Shown here: positions 8,921 through 18,260 of the stretch, piece by piece | How positions within the stretch are numbered: position 1 is the stretch's first letter | How the letters are laid out: each line of letters starts with the position of its first letter | Source: Actinomycetota bacterium | GTDB lineage: Bacteria; Actinomycetota; UBA4738; JACQTL01 | Direction of reading: 5' to 3' | Length of the DNA: 64,000 bases | Assembly (NCBI GenBank): GCA_045805265.1 | Contig: JBJMLO010000023.1 | Location: 478 to 64,477, forward strand | Program-made: the position numbers and the translations under genes | The notes under the pieces: generated by a model | Database searches by the model: none | What the model was told of the DNA's origin: nothing | The model's input: only the letters and a program-made list of their open reading frames with translations

Positions 8921-10321
8921 TCAGCTCACGAGCTCCGAGACCTGGGCCACCCGGGAACCGAGCACGGCCCGCCGGAGCGACAGCATCGCCGTGTAGGTGG
9001 CGAGGACCGCGACGGCGCCGCCCTCCTCCGTCACCGACGTCACCGCGTCGAGGAGGGCATGGGCGTCCGTCTCGGTGGCCGCCACGGACCCCTTCGCGTA
9101 CTTGATCCGCACCGCGACGTCGTACGCGCGGATGCCCCCCGCCACGATCGGCACGCCACGCCGAACGAGCGACTCGAGGTCCGCGTCCCAGATCCACGAC
9201 ACGTCGCGTCCGTCGGCCCACAGGTCGTTCAGCATCACGACGGCCGTCCGGATGCGCGGGTCGGCGACGACTTGGTCGACGAGCGCGGAGGCGCCCGCCG
9301 GGTTCTTCATGAGCAGGACCCACAGAGTTCGCCCGGCGAACTCGAGGTGCTCGGTCCGGCCGAACCTCGGGGTGAACGACTCGAGGGCCCGGGCCGCATC
9401 GCCCGGCGCGACCCCCAGGACCGAGGCGGCGGCGACCGCGGCCGCAGCGTTGTACGCGTTGTGGACGCCGCCCAGCCGCACGTCGAAGCCGGTCCCGCCG
9501 ATCGACAGCCGCAGCGCGTCCAGCCCGGGGCGGGCGAGGATCTCCGCGACGAACCGCGGGTCCGCGCTCGACCACCCGCACCGGGCGCAGCCGGCGGCGC
9601 CGAGATGCGCGAACGTCCGGTGGCGGTACCGGATCGCGCCGCCGCACCGGGGACAGACCTCGGGCTCGCCGTCGATCCGCGTGACGGAACCCGACTGCCC
9701 GCCGGCCCGGACGCCGAACCCGACCGGGCCCAGCTCCTCCACCGCGTGCCACAGGAGGGGGTCGTCCGCGTTCGCCACCACGGTCGATCCCTCGGGCAGC
9801 GCTCGCGCCGCCTCGCCGAGCAGCCGCGCAACGGTCTCGGGCTCGCCGAACCGGTCGAGCTGGTCGCGGAACACGTTCGTGAGGACGAGGACCCTCGGTC
9901 CCAGCGCCGGGACCAGACGCTCGAGCGCGCCCTCGTCGACCTCGAACACGGCGGCCCGCTCTTCGCGGCCAGCCGTGGCGAGCGTCGTGGCGACGCCCCG
10001 GAACAGGTTCGCCCCGCTCTCGTTCGCCAGGACGGGCGTGCCCGAAGCCGCGAGGACGTGGGAGATCATCGCGGCCGTCGTGGTCTTGCCGTTCGTCCCC
10101 GACACGAGCGTGACGCCGTCGGGAAGGCGATTGCTCCGTCGCCGGACGAATCCGGGGTCGAGCCGCTGGAGCACCATCCCCGGGGCGCTCGTGCCGGCGC
10201 CGGCCCTGACCAGCCGGCTCACGGAGCGGACGGCCAGGGCGGCTGCGCCGATCGCGCGGTCGTAGGCCCGGGCGGCCGGCCCGGGCCGCCGTCCTGGGCT
10301 CGAGCGGTGAATCTCGGCCAC
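8921..10321 (-). CDS. murT: MurT Mur-ligase (lipid II amidation, DUF1727 domain)
   Basis: SGTNGKTTT, EVDEG, NVFRDQLDRFGE, CPRC/CARC Zn motif, KNPAG, DGRDVSWIWD. Confidence 0.9.
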   Translation of the reverse strand: MAEIHRSSPGRRPGPAARAYDRAIGAAALAVRSVSRLVRAGAGTSAPGMVLQRLDPGFVRRRSNRLPDGVTLVSGTNGKTTTAAMISHVLAASGTPVLANESGANLFRGVATTLATAGREERAAVFEVDEGALERLVPALGPRVLVLTNVFRDQLDRFGEPETVARLLGEAARALPEGSTVVANADDPLLWHAVEELGPVGFGVRAGGQSGSVTRIDGEPEVCPRCGGAIRYRHRTFAHLGAAGCARCGWSSADPRFVAEILARPGLDALRLSIGGTGFDVRLGGVHNAYNAAAAVAAASVLGVAPGDAARALESFTPRFGRTEHLEFAGRTLWVLLMKNPAGASALVDQVVADPRIRTAVVMLNDLWADGRDVSWIWDADLESLVRRGVPIVAGGIRAYDVAVRIKYAKGSVAATETDAHALLDAVTSVTEEGGAVAVLATYTAMLSLRRAVLGSRVAQVSELVS

Positions 10322-10479
10322 ACCGACACCGTACCCACACCCGGCGGTCATGCTGGTCGAAGGCGCGTGGCGTTCCTGTGGCGATGGGCGAGTCCCAGGT
10401 TCGTCCGCAGATCGCACGGATACGAACCGTGCGACGCTGGCGACCGAACGTCCGGATGGGGAGAGGCTCGAGGAATCGG

Positions 10480-11643
10480 ATGACGGGAACTCGACACCGC
10501 CCGTCCCGCCGGCAGTGGCTGCCGCTCGCGATCGTCGCTGCCGTGGCCGTCGTCGTGCTGGCCGCCCGGCTGGTGGGCGGCGGGCTCGGCGCACGGTCCC
10601 GCGACCCGGCCGAAGGGACTCCGTCGCGGACGGGGGGCGGGTCCGGGAGCTCGCCGGGCGCCACCGCCTCGTCGGGCGCCCCCGAGCGACCCCGGCTCCC
10701 GTACCCCATTCCCGGGTTCCTGCTGATCGCGGACCGCGGGAACGACCGCATGCTCCTCGTGGACAGCCACAAGGGGATCCTGTGGCAGTACCCGAGGCCG
10801 GGGATCGCCCCCACCGTTCCGTTCCACTTCGACGACGACACGTTCTTCACCCCGGGCTGGCACGACATCATCAGCAACCAGGAGGACCAGCAGACGGTCC
10901 AGGTGATCTCGTTCCCCGGCAGGCGGGTGCAGTGGACGTACGGGCACGTGGACGTGCCGGGGGTCGCGCAGGCCTTCCTCCACACACCGGACGACGCCTA
11001 CATGCTGCCGAACGGCGTCAGGACGGTGGCCGACGTCCACAACTGCCGGGTGCTGTTCATCTCCAGGTCGGGCCATGTCGTGAAGCAGTACGGGACCACC
11101 GGCGTCTGCCGTCACGACCCACCCCGCTTCCTGGCATCGCCCAACGGTGACACGCCGCTCCGCGGCGGCGGAACGATCGTGACCGAGATCAACGGCTCCT
11201 GGATCGACGGGATCGGGGCGGACGGGAAGCTGATGTGGTCGGTCCACGCTCCGGTCGGCTATCCCTCCGACGCGCAGTGGCTGGGCAACGGGAAGCTCCT
11301 GGTGGCCGACTACTCGAGCCCGGGCCACGTGCTGATCATGACCACGAAGGGCAGGGTGCTGTTCCGGTACGGCCCCGACTCCGGGCCGGGGGAGCTCAAC
11401 CATCCCTCGCTCGCCCTGATGCTGCCGAACCACCTCATCGCGGTGAACGACGACCTCCGCAACCGGGTGGTCCTGATCGACCCCCGGCGGCACAAGATCG
11501 TGTGGCGCTACGGGCGCACCGACGTGGCGGGCAGGGCGCCGGGCCTGCTCGACACCCCGGACGGGATGGACTTCCTCCCGTTCGACGTGGCGATGCGCAT
11601 CCCCGGCGTGCGGGCGATCGTCCGGCACGGCGTGGGCCCGTGA
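10480..11643 (+). CDS. Membrane-anchored NHL/PQQ-like beta-propeller protein
   Basis: N-terminal TM; repeats LIADRGNDRMLLVD, PDDA, PSDA, NDDLRNRVVLID. Confidence 0.85.
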   Translation: MTGTRHRPSRRQWLPLAIVAAVAVVVLAARLVGGGLGARSRDPAEGTPSRTGGGSGSSPGATASSGAPERPRLPYPIPGFLLIADRGNDRMLLVDSHKGILWQYPRPGIAPTVPFHFDDDTFFTPGWHDIISNQEDQQTVQVISFPGRRVQWTYGHVDVPGVAQAFLHTPDDAYMLPNGVRTVADVHNCRVLFISRSGHVVKQYGTTGVCRHDPPRFLASPNGDTPLRGGGTIVTEINGSWIDGIGADGKLMWSVHAPVGYPSDAQWLGNGKLLVADYSSPGHVLIMTTKGRVLFRYGPDSGPGELNHPSLALMLPNHLIAVNDDLRNRVVLIDPRRHKIVWRYGRTDVAGRAPGLLDTPDGMDFLPFDVAMRIPGVRAIVRHGVGP

Positions 11644-11679
11644 CGCCGACGGCGTGCGATTCGTAGACTGCCGCGCCTC

Positions 11680-12048
11680 ATGGACTGGCGTCTTGAGCTG
11701 GTGGCGGTTCCCGTCTCGGACGTGGACCGCGCGAAGGCCTTCTACACCGACCGGGTCGGCTTCCATGCCGACCACGACCACCGGGTCAGCGACGAGATCC
11801 GCTTCGTCCAGCTGACCCCTCCCGGCTCGGCATGCTCGATCGCCCTGGGGACGGGCCTGGTGGACTCGCCGCCGGGCTCGGCACAGGGCCTGCAGCTGGT
11901 CGTCCCGGACGTCCACGCCGCCCGCGCCGAGCTCCTCGAGCGGGGCGTGGAGGTCGACGAGGTCCAGGAGTTCCCGTGGGGCTCGTTCGTCTTCTTCCGC
12001 GACCCGGACGGCAACGGCTGGTCCGTGCAGCAGCTGCCGCCTGGCTGA
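11680..12048 (+). CDS. VOC/glyoxalase family protein
   Basis: VPVSDVDRAKAFY, QLTPPGSACSI, FFRDPDGNGW. Confidence 0.93.
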   Translation: MDWRLELVAVPVSDVDRAKAFYTDRVGFHADHDHRVSDEIRFVQLTPPGSACSIALGTGLVDSPPGSAQGLQLVVPDVHAARAELLERGVEVDEVQEFPWGSFVFFRDPDGNGWSVQQLPPG

Positions 12049-12074
12049 CCCCGGGGGCGTGAGAGGCTCGGGCG

Positions 12075-12560
12075 ATGGGGAAGCACACCCGTCGGGTCCG
12101 GCGGCGCCGGGTCGTCGCGGTGTCGGCGGTGGTGGCGATCGCCGCGGGCGGGGCGTTCGCCTGGCTCGCGCGGGGGCATGACCCGCTGGTCCGGCCCGCC
12201 GACCCCTGCCAGAGCGCGCCGCCGCTCCGCACGGTGCACGGGGTGACCCTCCAGCCGGCCGCCATGCGGGCGTTCCTCAGGGCCGACCGCCTGGCGGGAG
12301 GAGCCATCTCGGTGGTGCAGAGCTACCGGTCGTGCGGCCAGCAGGCCGAGGCGTGCCGGGGCATCTGCGGCGACCCGACGGGCTGCCCCGGGAGGTGCGC
12401 GTCGCCGGGCACCTCGTATCACCAGCTGGGCGCGGCCGTCGACGTCACGCAGGGGAGCCTGGACACGCCGGGCGTGATCGCGTCGCTCGTTCGTGCGGGC
12501 TGGTGCCAGTCCGAGCCGCACAGCGATCCCGGCCACTTCTCGTTCGACGGCTGCCACTGA
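12075..12560 (+). CDS. M15B (VanY-like) D-Ala-D-Ala carboxypeptidase / Zn metallopeptidase
   Basis: N-terminal TM, SYRS..QQ, PGTSYHQLGAAVD, C-terminal DPGHF. Confidence 0.8.
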   Translation: MGKHTRRVRRRRVVAVSAVVAIAAGGAFAWLARGHDPLVRPADPCQSAPPLRTVHGVTLQPAAMRAFLRADRLAGGAISVVQSYRSCGQQAEACRGICGDPTGCPGRCASPGTSYHQLGAAVDVTQGSLDTPGVIASLVRAGWCQSEPHSDPGHFSFDGCH

Positions 12561-12670
12561 CCCGGTTACGAACGGCCGGGTGTGGCGAGGGCATTTCCTG
12601 GAAATGATCTGCGTGCCGACGCGCGGCCCCCCGTCGCGCCCCGGCAGCGGCCCGACCAGGAGCCGAGGCG

Positions 12671-13486
12671 ATGGCGGCCAACCCGGAAGTCTTCCCGTGC
12701 CCCTCCTGCCACGCGCCCATGCCCGGCGGCGCGCGAACGTGCCAGTCCTGCGGGGAGCCCCTGTCGGCTCCCGTGCTCGAGGCCGTCGCCGGTGCGTCGC
12801 CTCGGCCGGGGGGCCGGGTGCGTGCCCTGGGAACGTCGCGCGCGACGCCCTGGGTGCTGGTTGGCGTGCTGGCCGTCGCCGTCGTGGTCCTGGCCTTCTC
12901 GATCGGCAGCCTGGGCTCCCGCCTCTCGTCCTCCCGAACGCAGCTCTCGTCGGCCCAGGCCCGGGTCTCGAGCGAGGGGGTCCGGAACGACGCCCTGACC
13001 GGGCAGGTCTCCCACTGGAAGTCGGAAGCGGCGCGCTGGCACCAGCAGAGCCGCTACTACCAGACGCAGGTGCACGCGATCCAGGGCGAGATCCGGCAGA
13101 CCCTGGGCGACCTCAGCCACCCGACCTTCTCCCTGTGGAACAGCTGCGGCGCCAAGGGGCCGAACGCCGGGTGCCCGCTGCGTCCCGGGCACGAATACAT
13201 CGGAGGGGTTCCCGACACCTTCACCTACCGCCTGAAGTTCCGGGCCACGGTCCCCGTCACGGTGCGCATCGTGTCGGTAGACAACTTCGTCTGCCTGGAG
13301 ACGCGCACCTGCGCCTGGCACGGCCTGAGCTTCGACAACCGGATGAAGCTGGACCGGTTCTTCCACGACGCCGAGGGGTGCGCGGGTTACTTCGCGGTGT
13401 TCACCTCGGAGCGGGCCGGGACGCTATATCCCGACGTGTGGGTCACCCGGCATCCGGCGCTGGCGCCCACGGGGGCCTGCGCCTGA
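12671..13486 (+). CDS. Zinc-ribbon / TM / coiled-coil protein with Cys-containing extracellular domain
   Basis: CPSC...CQSC, single TM, heptad region; SD GAGG. Confidence 0.75.
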   Translation: MAANPEVFPCPSCHAPMPGGARTCQSCGEPLSAPVLEAVAGASPRPGGRVRALGTSRATPWVLVGVLAVAVVVLAFSIGSLGSRLSSSRTQLSSAQARVSSEGVRNDALTGQVSHWKSEAARWHQQSRYYQTQVHAIQGEIRQTLGDLSHPTFSLWNSCGAKGPNAGCPLRPGHEYIGGVPDTFTYRLKFRATVPVTVRIVSVDNFVCLETRTCAWHGLSFDNRMKLDRFFHDAEGCAGYFAVFTSERAGTLYPDVWVTRHPALAPTGACA

Positions 13487-13783
13487 TCCACGTCCCGGGC
13501 CGCGTTCGGTGGAACCGGATGGAAGCGAGTCGAGCGGCATCCCCGCCGAAGGACGGGGAAGCAGAACGCGGCAAGACGCCCTCCTGTCCGGTGGATTTGT
13601 CTTTTCGCGAAACCCCTTCTAGCTTTTCTGGACACTTCAGGGGCGGTTGCGCCCATTCGCTGCCCAGGCTCGGATCCGAGATCGCGCCCACCCCCGAATC
13701 TCGCTCGGCCGGGGTCACGTCCGCAATCCCGTGCCGCGGCGACCGCCGTAGAAACCGGGCGGGGGAGGGGATCGGAGGAAGCA

Positions 13784-14650
13784 CTGCCACCCCTCGCCGG
13801 CCGGCGTCCGCGACGAATCGTGCCGTCGGCGTTCGCCGTCGCCCTCGCGGCGTGCGGGTCGGGCGCGGGGCACGCGCCGTCGCCGGTCGCCGCGGCCTCG
13901 GCTCCGTCGCCCACGGTGGCCGCCCCGACGCCGGTGGGATCGCCGACGCCCCTCGACGCACGGTGCCCAGGCGCAGTGACCGGCATGTCCGTTCGAACCG
14001 CGCGCCTCACCACCTCCGACGGCGTGCCGCTGTACGCCGCGACGATCGGCCGGGGTCCGGTCGGGCTGGTCATGGCCAACGACGTGCCGCACTCGCTGTG
14101 CGAGGAGCTCCCCGAGGCGCAGCTCTTCGCGGATCACGGGTTCCGGGTCGAGGTGTTCGACTACCGCGACCGCGGCGAGTCCGGTTCCGGCGGCTCGAAT
14201 CCCGGGCGGCTCGACCTCGACGTGGCGGCGGCGGCCGCTGCGCTGCACCGCGGCGGGTCGCGGTGCCTGGCGCTCGCCGGTTCCTACGGGGGCGTGGCCG
14301 CAGCTCTTGTGGCGGCCGTCACGATGCGGCCGCCGCCATTCGCCGTCCTGGGGTTCGACCCCGCGGTGATCCGGGGCCAGTACATCGAGGGACCGTTCGG
14401 CCCCGTGGGCGCGCTCGACGCCGCCCCCCGGCTCCGAATGCCGGTGCTGTACGTGACCCTGGCGCAGGACCGATTCGTGCCAGTGTCCGAGGTCCGGCGC
14501 CTGCTGCGCGTGACCGGGTCGCGGCGGAAGGACATGGTCGTGGTCCCGTCGGGGCTGATCGGATGGGGCCTGCTCGACCTCGGCCCGTCGAGCGGGCGCG
14601 TCCAGCGGGCCGTGTTCCCGTTCCTGCGGTCGGCGGCCACCTGCGGCTGA
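13784..14650 (+). CDS. Alpha/beta-hydrolase-fold lipoprotein (probable CTG start; alternative GTG 13820)
   Basis: Lipobox LAAC, FDYRDRGES, nucleophile elbow GSYGG. Confidence 0.75.
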   Translation: MPPLAGRRPRRIVPSAFAVALAACGSGAGHAPSPVAAASAPSPTVAAPTPVGSPTPLDARCPGAVTGMSVRTARLTTSDGVPLYAATIGRGPVGLVMANDVPHSLCEELPEAQLFADHGFRVEVFDYRDRGESGSGGSNPGRLDLDVAAAAAALHRGGSRCLALAGSYGGVAAALVAAVTMRPPPFAVLGFDPAVIRGQYIEGPFGPVGALDAAPRLRMPVLYVTLAQDRFVPVSEVRRLLRVTGSRRKDMVVVPSGLIGWGLLDLGPSSGRVQRAVFPFLRSAATCG

Positions 14651-14738
14651 CGCGCGGCCGGCCCGGCCGACGCGTGGCCGCCAGGCCGATGGGGCACAAT
14701 CCACGGATCGGCCCGCGCGAGGAACGAGGTGATCGGAC

Positions 14739-16208
14739 ATGGCGGAGGGCGCTCCCGGCATCGACCAGGCCCGGGGACGACCGGACGACGGGACGGGGCG
14801 GCCCGTGGCGCTGGCCGCGCAGCCAGCCTCGCCGGACGCCGGGTCCGTCGTCGGCCGCCTCCGGGCGACGTTCGAGACGGGCCGGACCCGGCCGGTCGCG
14901 TGGCGCCGCGCCCAGCTCGAGGCGGTCAAGCGGATGCTCGTCGAGCACGAGCGGGAGTTCCTCGACGCGCTGGCCGCCGACCTCGGCAAGCCGGCCATCG
15001 AGGGATGGCTCACCGACCTCGTCCTGACCACCCGGGACGTCGAGCACACGCTGAGGCACATGGCTTCCTGGATGCGTCCGGAACGCGTCCCGGTGCCGTG
15101 GGTCCAGCAGCCCGCCTCCGCCCGGGTGATCCGGGAGCCGCTCGGGGTGGTGCTGGTGATCGCGCCCTGGAACTACCCGGTCCAGCTGCTGCTGGAGCCG
15201 ATGATCGCGGCGCTGGCGGCGGGGAACGCCGTGGTCGGCAAGCCCTCCGAGATCTCGGCGGCCTCCTCGGCCGTCCTGGCCCGGCTGGTGCCGCAGTACC
15301 TGGACCCCGACGCGGTCGCGGTGGTCGAGGGCGGCGCCGAGGAGACGACCGCGCTCCTCGAGCAGCGCTTCGACCACATCCTGTACACGGGGAACGCGCG
15401 CGTCGGCCGGATCGTGATGGAGGCCGCGGCGAAGCACCTCACGCCGGTCACGCTGGAGCTCGGCGGGAAGAGCCCGGCCATCGTCAACGACGACGCCGAT
15501 CTGGCGGTGGCCGCGCGGCGGATCGCGTTCGGGAAGTGGATCAACGCGGGCCAGACGTGCATCGCTCCCGACTACGTCCTGGTCCATCGCGACGTCGAGC
15601 GCGCGCTGGTGGAGGCGCTCCGGACGAGCATCCGGAGCTTCTTCGGCGACGACCCCAAGGCCAGTCCGGACTACGCCCGGATCGTGAACGACCAGCACTT
15701 CGCGCGGCTGGCCGGGCTGCTCGACCAGGGCGGGTTCCAGGAGGTCGCCGCCGGCGGAGAGGTGGACCCCGCCGTGCGGTACATCGCCCCGACGGTGATC
15801 CGCGGGGTCGACGCCGCCTCGCCGCTCATGGAGGAGGAGATCTTCGGGCCGATCCTGCCGGTCGTCGCCGTGGACGGCATCGACGCTGCGGTCCGGTTCG
15901 TGAACGAGCGTCCGAAGCCGCTGTCGCTGTACGTGTTCGCGAAATCGCGGGCCGCGCAGCAGCGGGTCGTGGGGAGGACGTCGGCCGGCGGTGTGTGCGT
16001 GAACACGACCGTCGTCCATTTCGCCGTCCCGGGCCTGCCGTTCGGCGGGGTGGGCGACAGCGGGTTCGGCGCCTACCACGGCCGGGAGGGCTTCGAGACG
16101 TTCAGCAACCGCAAGCCCGTGCTGACGAAGCCGGTGAAGCCCGACCCGCCGGTGCAGTACCCCCCCTGGACGGGCTTCAAGCAGCGCTTGCTCCGCCGGA
16201 TCCTGTAG
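14739..16208 (+). CDS. Aldehyde dehydrogenase (ALDH3/CalB-like)
   Basis: IAPWNYP, KPSE, LELGGKSP, NAGQTCIAPDY, EEIFGP, PFGGVGDSG. Confidence 0.96.
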   Translation: MAEGAPGIDQARGRPDDGTGRPVALAAQPASPDAGSVVGRLRATFETGRTRPVAWRRAQLEAVKRMLVEHEREFLDALAADLGKPAIEGWLTDLVLTTRDVEHTLRHMASWMRPERVPVPWVQQPASARVIREPLGVVLVIAPWNYPVQLLLEPMIAALAAGNAVVGKPSEISAASSAVLARLVPQYLDPDAVAVVEGGAEETTALLEQRFDHILYTGNARVGRIVMEAAAKHLTPVTLELGGKSPAIVNDDADLAVAARRIAFGKWINAGQTCIAPDYVLVHRDVERALVEALRTSIRSFFGDDPKASPDYARIVNDQHFARLAGLLDQGGFQEVAAGGEVDPAVRYIAPTVIRGVDAASPLMEEEIFGPILPVVAVDGIDAAVRFVNERPKPLSLYVFAKSRAAQQRVVGRTSAGGVCVNTTVVHFAVPGLPFGGVGDSGFGAYHGREGFETFSNRKPVLTKPVKPDPPVQYPPWTGFKQRLLRRIL

Positions 16209-16215
16209 TCGCGGG

Positions 16216-17034
16216 TCAGGCGCCCAGCGGAAACCCGTAGCGCGAGGGCACGGGGTCCGGGACCTGCGCCGCCGTCCCGTAGGTCACGAGGATCTCCTGG
16301 TGGCGGCCGAGGACCAGCAGCCGGGGGTCCTGGCGGATCATGGTGCCGTCCGCGTAGACCCGGACCAGCCGGCCGCCGCCGTTGCAGTCGCCGCCCAGGC
16401 AGGTCGGCGTGAACCGGACGCCCCACACGTCGAACAGCTGCCCGAGCGTGTACGTGTGGCCGGCCGGCGACTCGATGTGGATCAGGCCGCTGCCGTCGTG
16501 GGTGTGGATGACCGTGAGGTAGCCCGCCGCCTGGTTCCGCCCGATGTCGTCGGGGACCGGGACGGTCTTCCCGTCGACGAAGACGTCGAGGTGGAGGTGG
16601 AGGTGGATGTCGGTGACCTCGGACGGCAGCGCCGGCAGGCCGAGCTCGCTCAGCCGGGCCCGCAGCGAGCCGAGCGCCGCGTCCCACGGCGGCGGCCCGA
16701 CTTGCAGCCCCGGGAGGTCACGCGCGGCGAGCGAAGGCGCCGGAGAGGCGAACGCGAGCGGGCCCGGCGGCTTCCTGGACTGCAGCCACAGGTAGCCGTA
16801 GTAGCCGCCGAGCAGGACGAGGGCGACCACGCCGATCGTCAGCGGGCGGCCCAGGCCGCGGCGGATCCCCTGCCGGACCGACCCGCCCCGTCTCGGCGCC
16901 GGCGCCGGCGCCTTCCGGGGACGGTTGGCCGGGCCCCGGGCTGTCCGCTGCCCGGTCGCCCGCGAGGCGGCGGCGGCGGCGGCCGGCGCGGTGCGCGCCC
17001 GCGACTTCGACCGGTTCCTGCGCTTCTTGGCCAT
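16216..17034 (-). CDS. Membrane-anchored His-rich hypothetical protein, probably metal-binding
   Basis: TM after a basic N-terminus; HLHLHL and IHTHDGSGLIHIES motifs. Confidence 0.8.
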   Translation of the reverse strand: MAKKRRNRSKSRARTAPAAAAAASRATGQRTARGPANRPRKAPAPAPRRGGSVRQGIRRGLGRPLTIGVVALVLLGGYYGYLWLQSRKPPGPLAFASPAPSLAARDLPGLQVGPPPWDAALGSLRARLSELGLPALPSEVTDIHLHLHLDVFVDGKTVPVPDDIGRNQAAGYLTVIHTHDGSGLIHIESPAGHTYTLGQLFDVWGVRFTPTCLGGDCNGGGRLVRVYADGTMIRQDPRLLVLGRHQEILVTYGTAAQVPDPVPSRYGFPLGA

Positions 17035-17099
17035 GGGGCGGCCATCGTAGAGGGTGAGGAACTGTCCCCGGCCCCCGGCTTCGGTCACAATCGCGCCCC

Positions 17100-18260
17100 A
17101 TGCGCCGACCAGCGCCCCAGCGAGACGCCGGACTCCGGCCCGCCCAGCGGGACCGGCTGCTCGAACTCCTCCGCCGTCACGGGCGCAACCCCAACTCGTT
17201 CCTGGCGATGTACGAGGGTCCGTGGTCGCTGTTCGAGTCCCAGCGCGTGGACGGCGGCGTCCCGTACGTCGAGGCTCACCGCACCGCCCTGGCCTGGGGC
17301 GACCCGCTCGGCGCGCCGGAGGACGCCGCCACGCTGCTCGGGGAGTTCACCGCCGCCATGCGGGCCCGCGGGCTGCGGGTGTGCATGGTCCCGGTGCAGG
17401 AGGGGATGGCCCGCCTGGCCATGGACCAGGGGCACGCCGTCCTGAAGATCGGCGAGGAACCCGTGTTCGACCTCACGACCTGGCACCGGCCGCGGGGGGA
17501 TCCGGGGAAGCGGCTGCGGTGGGCGATGAACCACGCCCGGCGGGCCGGGGTGGAGATCGAGGAGGCCGAGCGGGGCGACCGCGACCCGGCGGTCGACCGG
17601 GAGATCGCCGGCGTGCGCGCCGCGTGGGAGGCCGCGCTGGGCCGCCGTCCCGTGCGGTCGTTCATGCGGGCCGCGCCGCTGGCGCTGGCCGAGCACAAGC
17701 GGATCTTCCTCGCCCGGCACCACGGCGATCTGGTCGCGGTGCTCGGGTGCGTGCCGGTGCACGGCCGCGACGGGTGGTACCTCGAGGACCTGGTCCGGCT
17801 CCCCGACAGCGTGACCGGAGCGACCGAGCTGCTCATCGTGGAGGCCCTGGAACGGCTGTCGGCCCGGGGCGCCCGGTTCGCCACGCTGGGCATCGCCCCG
17901 CTGCGGGGTTCCGACCGGCAGATGGACCGACGGGCGCGCTGGCTGGCGCGACTGCTGCGCGTCGCCCTCGAGCGGTTCGACGACCGGTACCACTTCGCGT
18001 CGCTCGGCAGGTTCAAGGCCAAGTTCCGCCCGACGGGATGGGAGGCGCGGTACGTGACCTTCCTCCCTCCTCGCCCGAGCGTCGGCCTGATCCGGGCGGT
18101 GGCCTCGGTGCTGGATCCGCAGCCCGCCGGGCCGGCGGCCGCCCGCGGCCGCGCGACGGCGCTCCAGGCGGTGGCGATCGGCGTCGGCGTGGCCATCGTG
18201 GTGCTGCTGGTCCGCCGCTCGTCTGGAGCGGGGGCCGAGGACGGGTCGGCCGCTACGTGA
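17100..18260 (+). CDS. DUF2156 / aminoacyl-phosphatidylglycerol synthase C-terminal (MprF-like GNAT) domain protein
   Basis: WGDPLG, KIGEEPVFDL, GATELLI, LGIAPL, YHFASLGRFKAKFRP.WE. Confidence 0.88.
   Translation: MRRPAPQRDAGLRPAQRDRLLELLRRHGRNPNSFLAMYEGPWSLFESQRVDGGVPYVEAHRTALAWGDPLGAPEDAATLLGEFTAAMRARGLRVCMVPVQEGMARLAMDQGHAVLKIGEEPVFDLTTWHRPRGDPGKRLRWAMNHARRAGVEIEEAERGDRDPAVDREIAGVRAAWEAALGRRPVRSFMRAAPLALAEHKRIFLARHHGDLVAVLGCVPVHGRDGWYLEDLVRLPDSVTGATELLIVEALERLSARGARFATLGIAPLRGSDRQMDRRARWLARLLRVALERFDDRYHFASLGRFKAKFRPTGWEARYVTFLPPRPSVGLIRAVASVLDPQPAGPAAARGRATALQAVAIGVGVAIVVLLVRRSSGAGAEDGSAAT

Noticed and set aside
7929-10985. 1018-aa ORF suggesting a giant GatD fusion
   Set aside because: The upstream part is an off-frame overlap with murT and the antisense of the propeller gene; GatD starts at 8867.
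13487-13783. Possible riboswitch or ncRNA in an intergenic region with an AT-rich patch
   Set aside because: Only short hairpins; no recognisable riboswitch consensus. An Rfam/Infernal scan would be needed.
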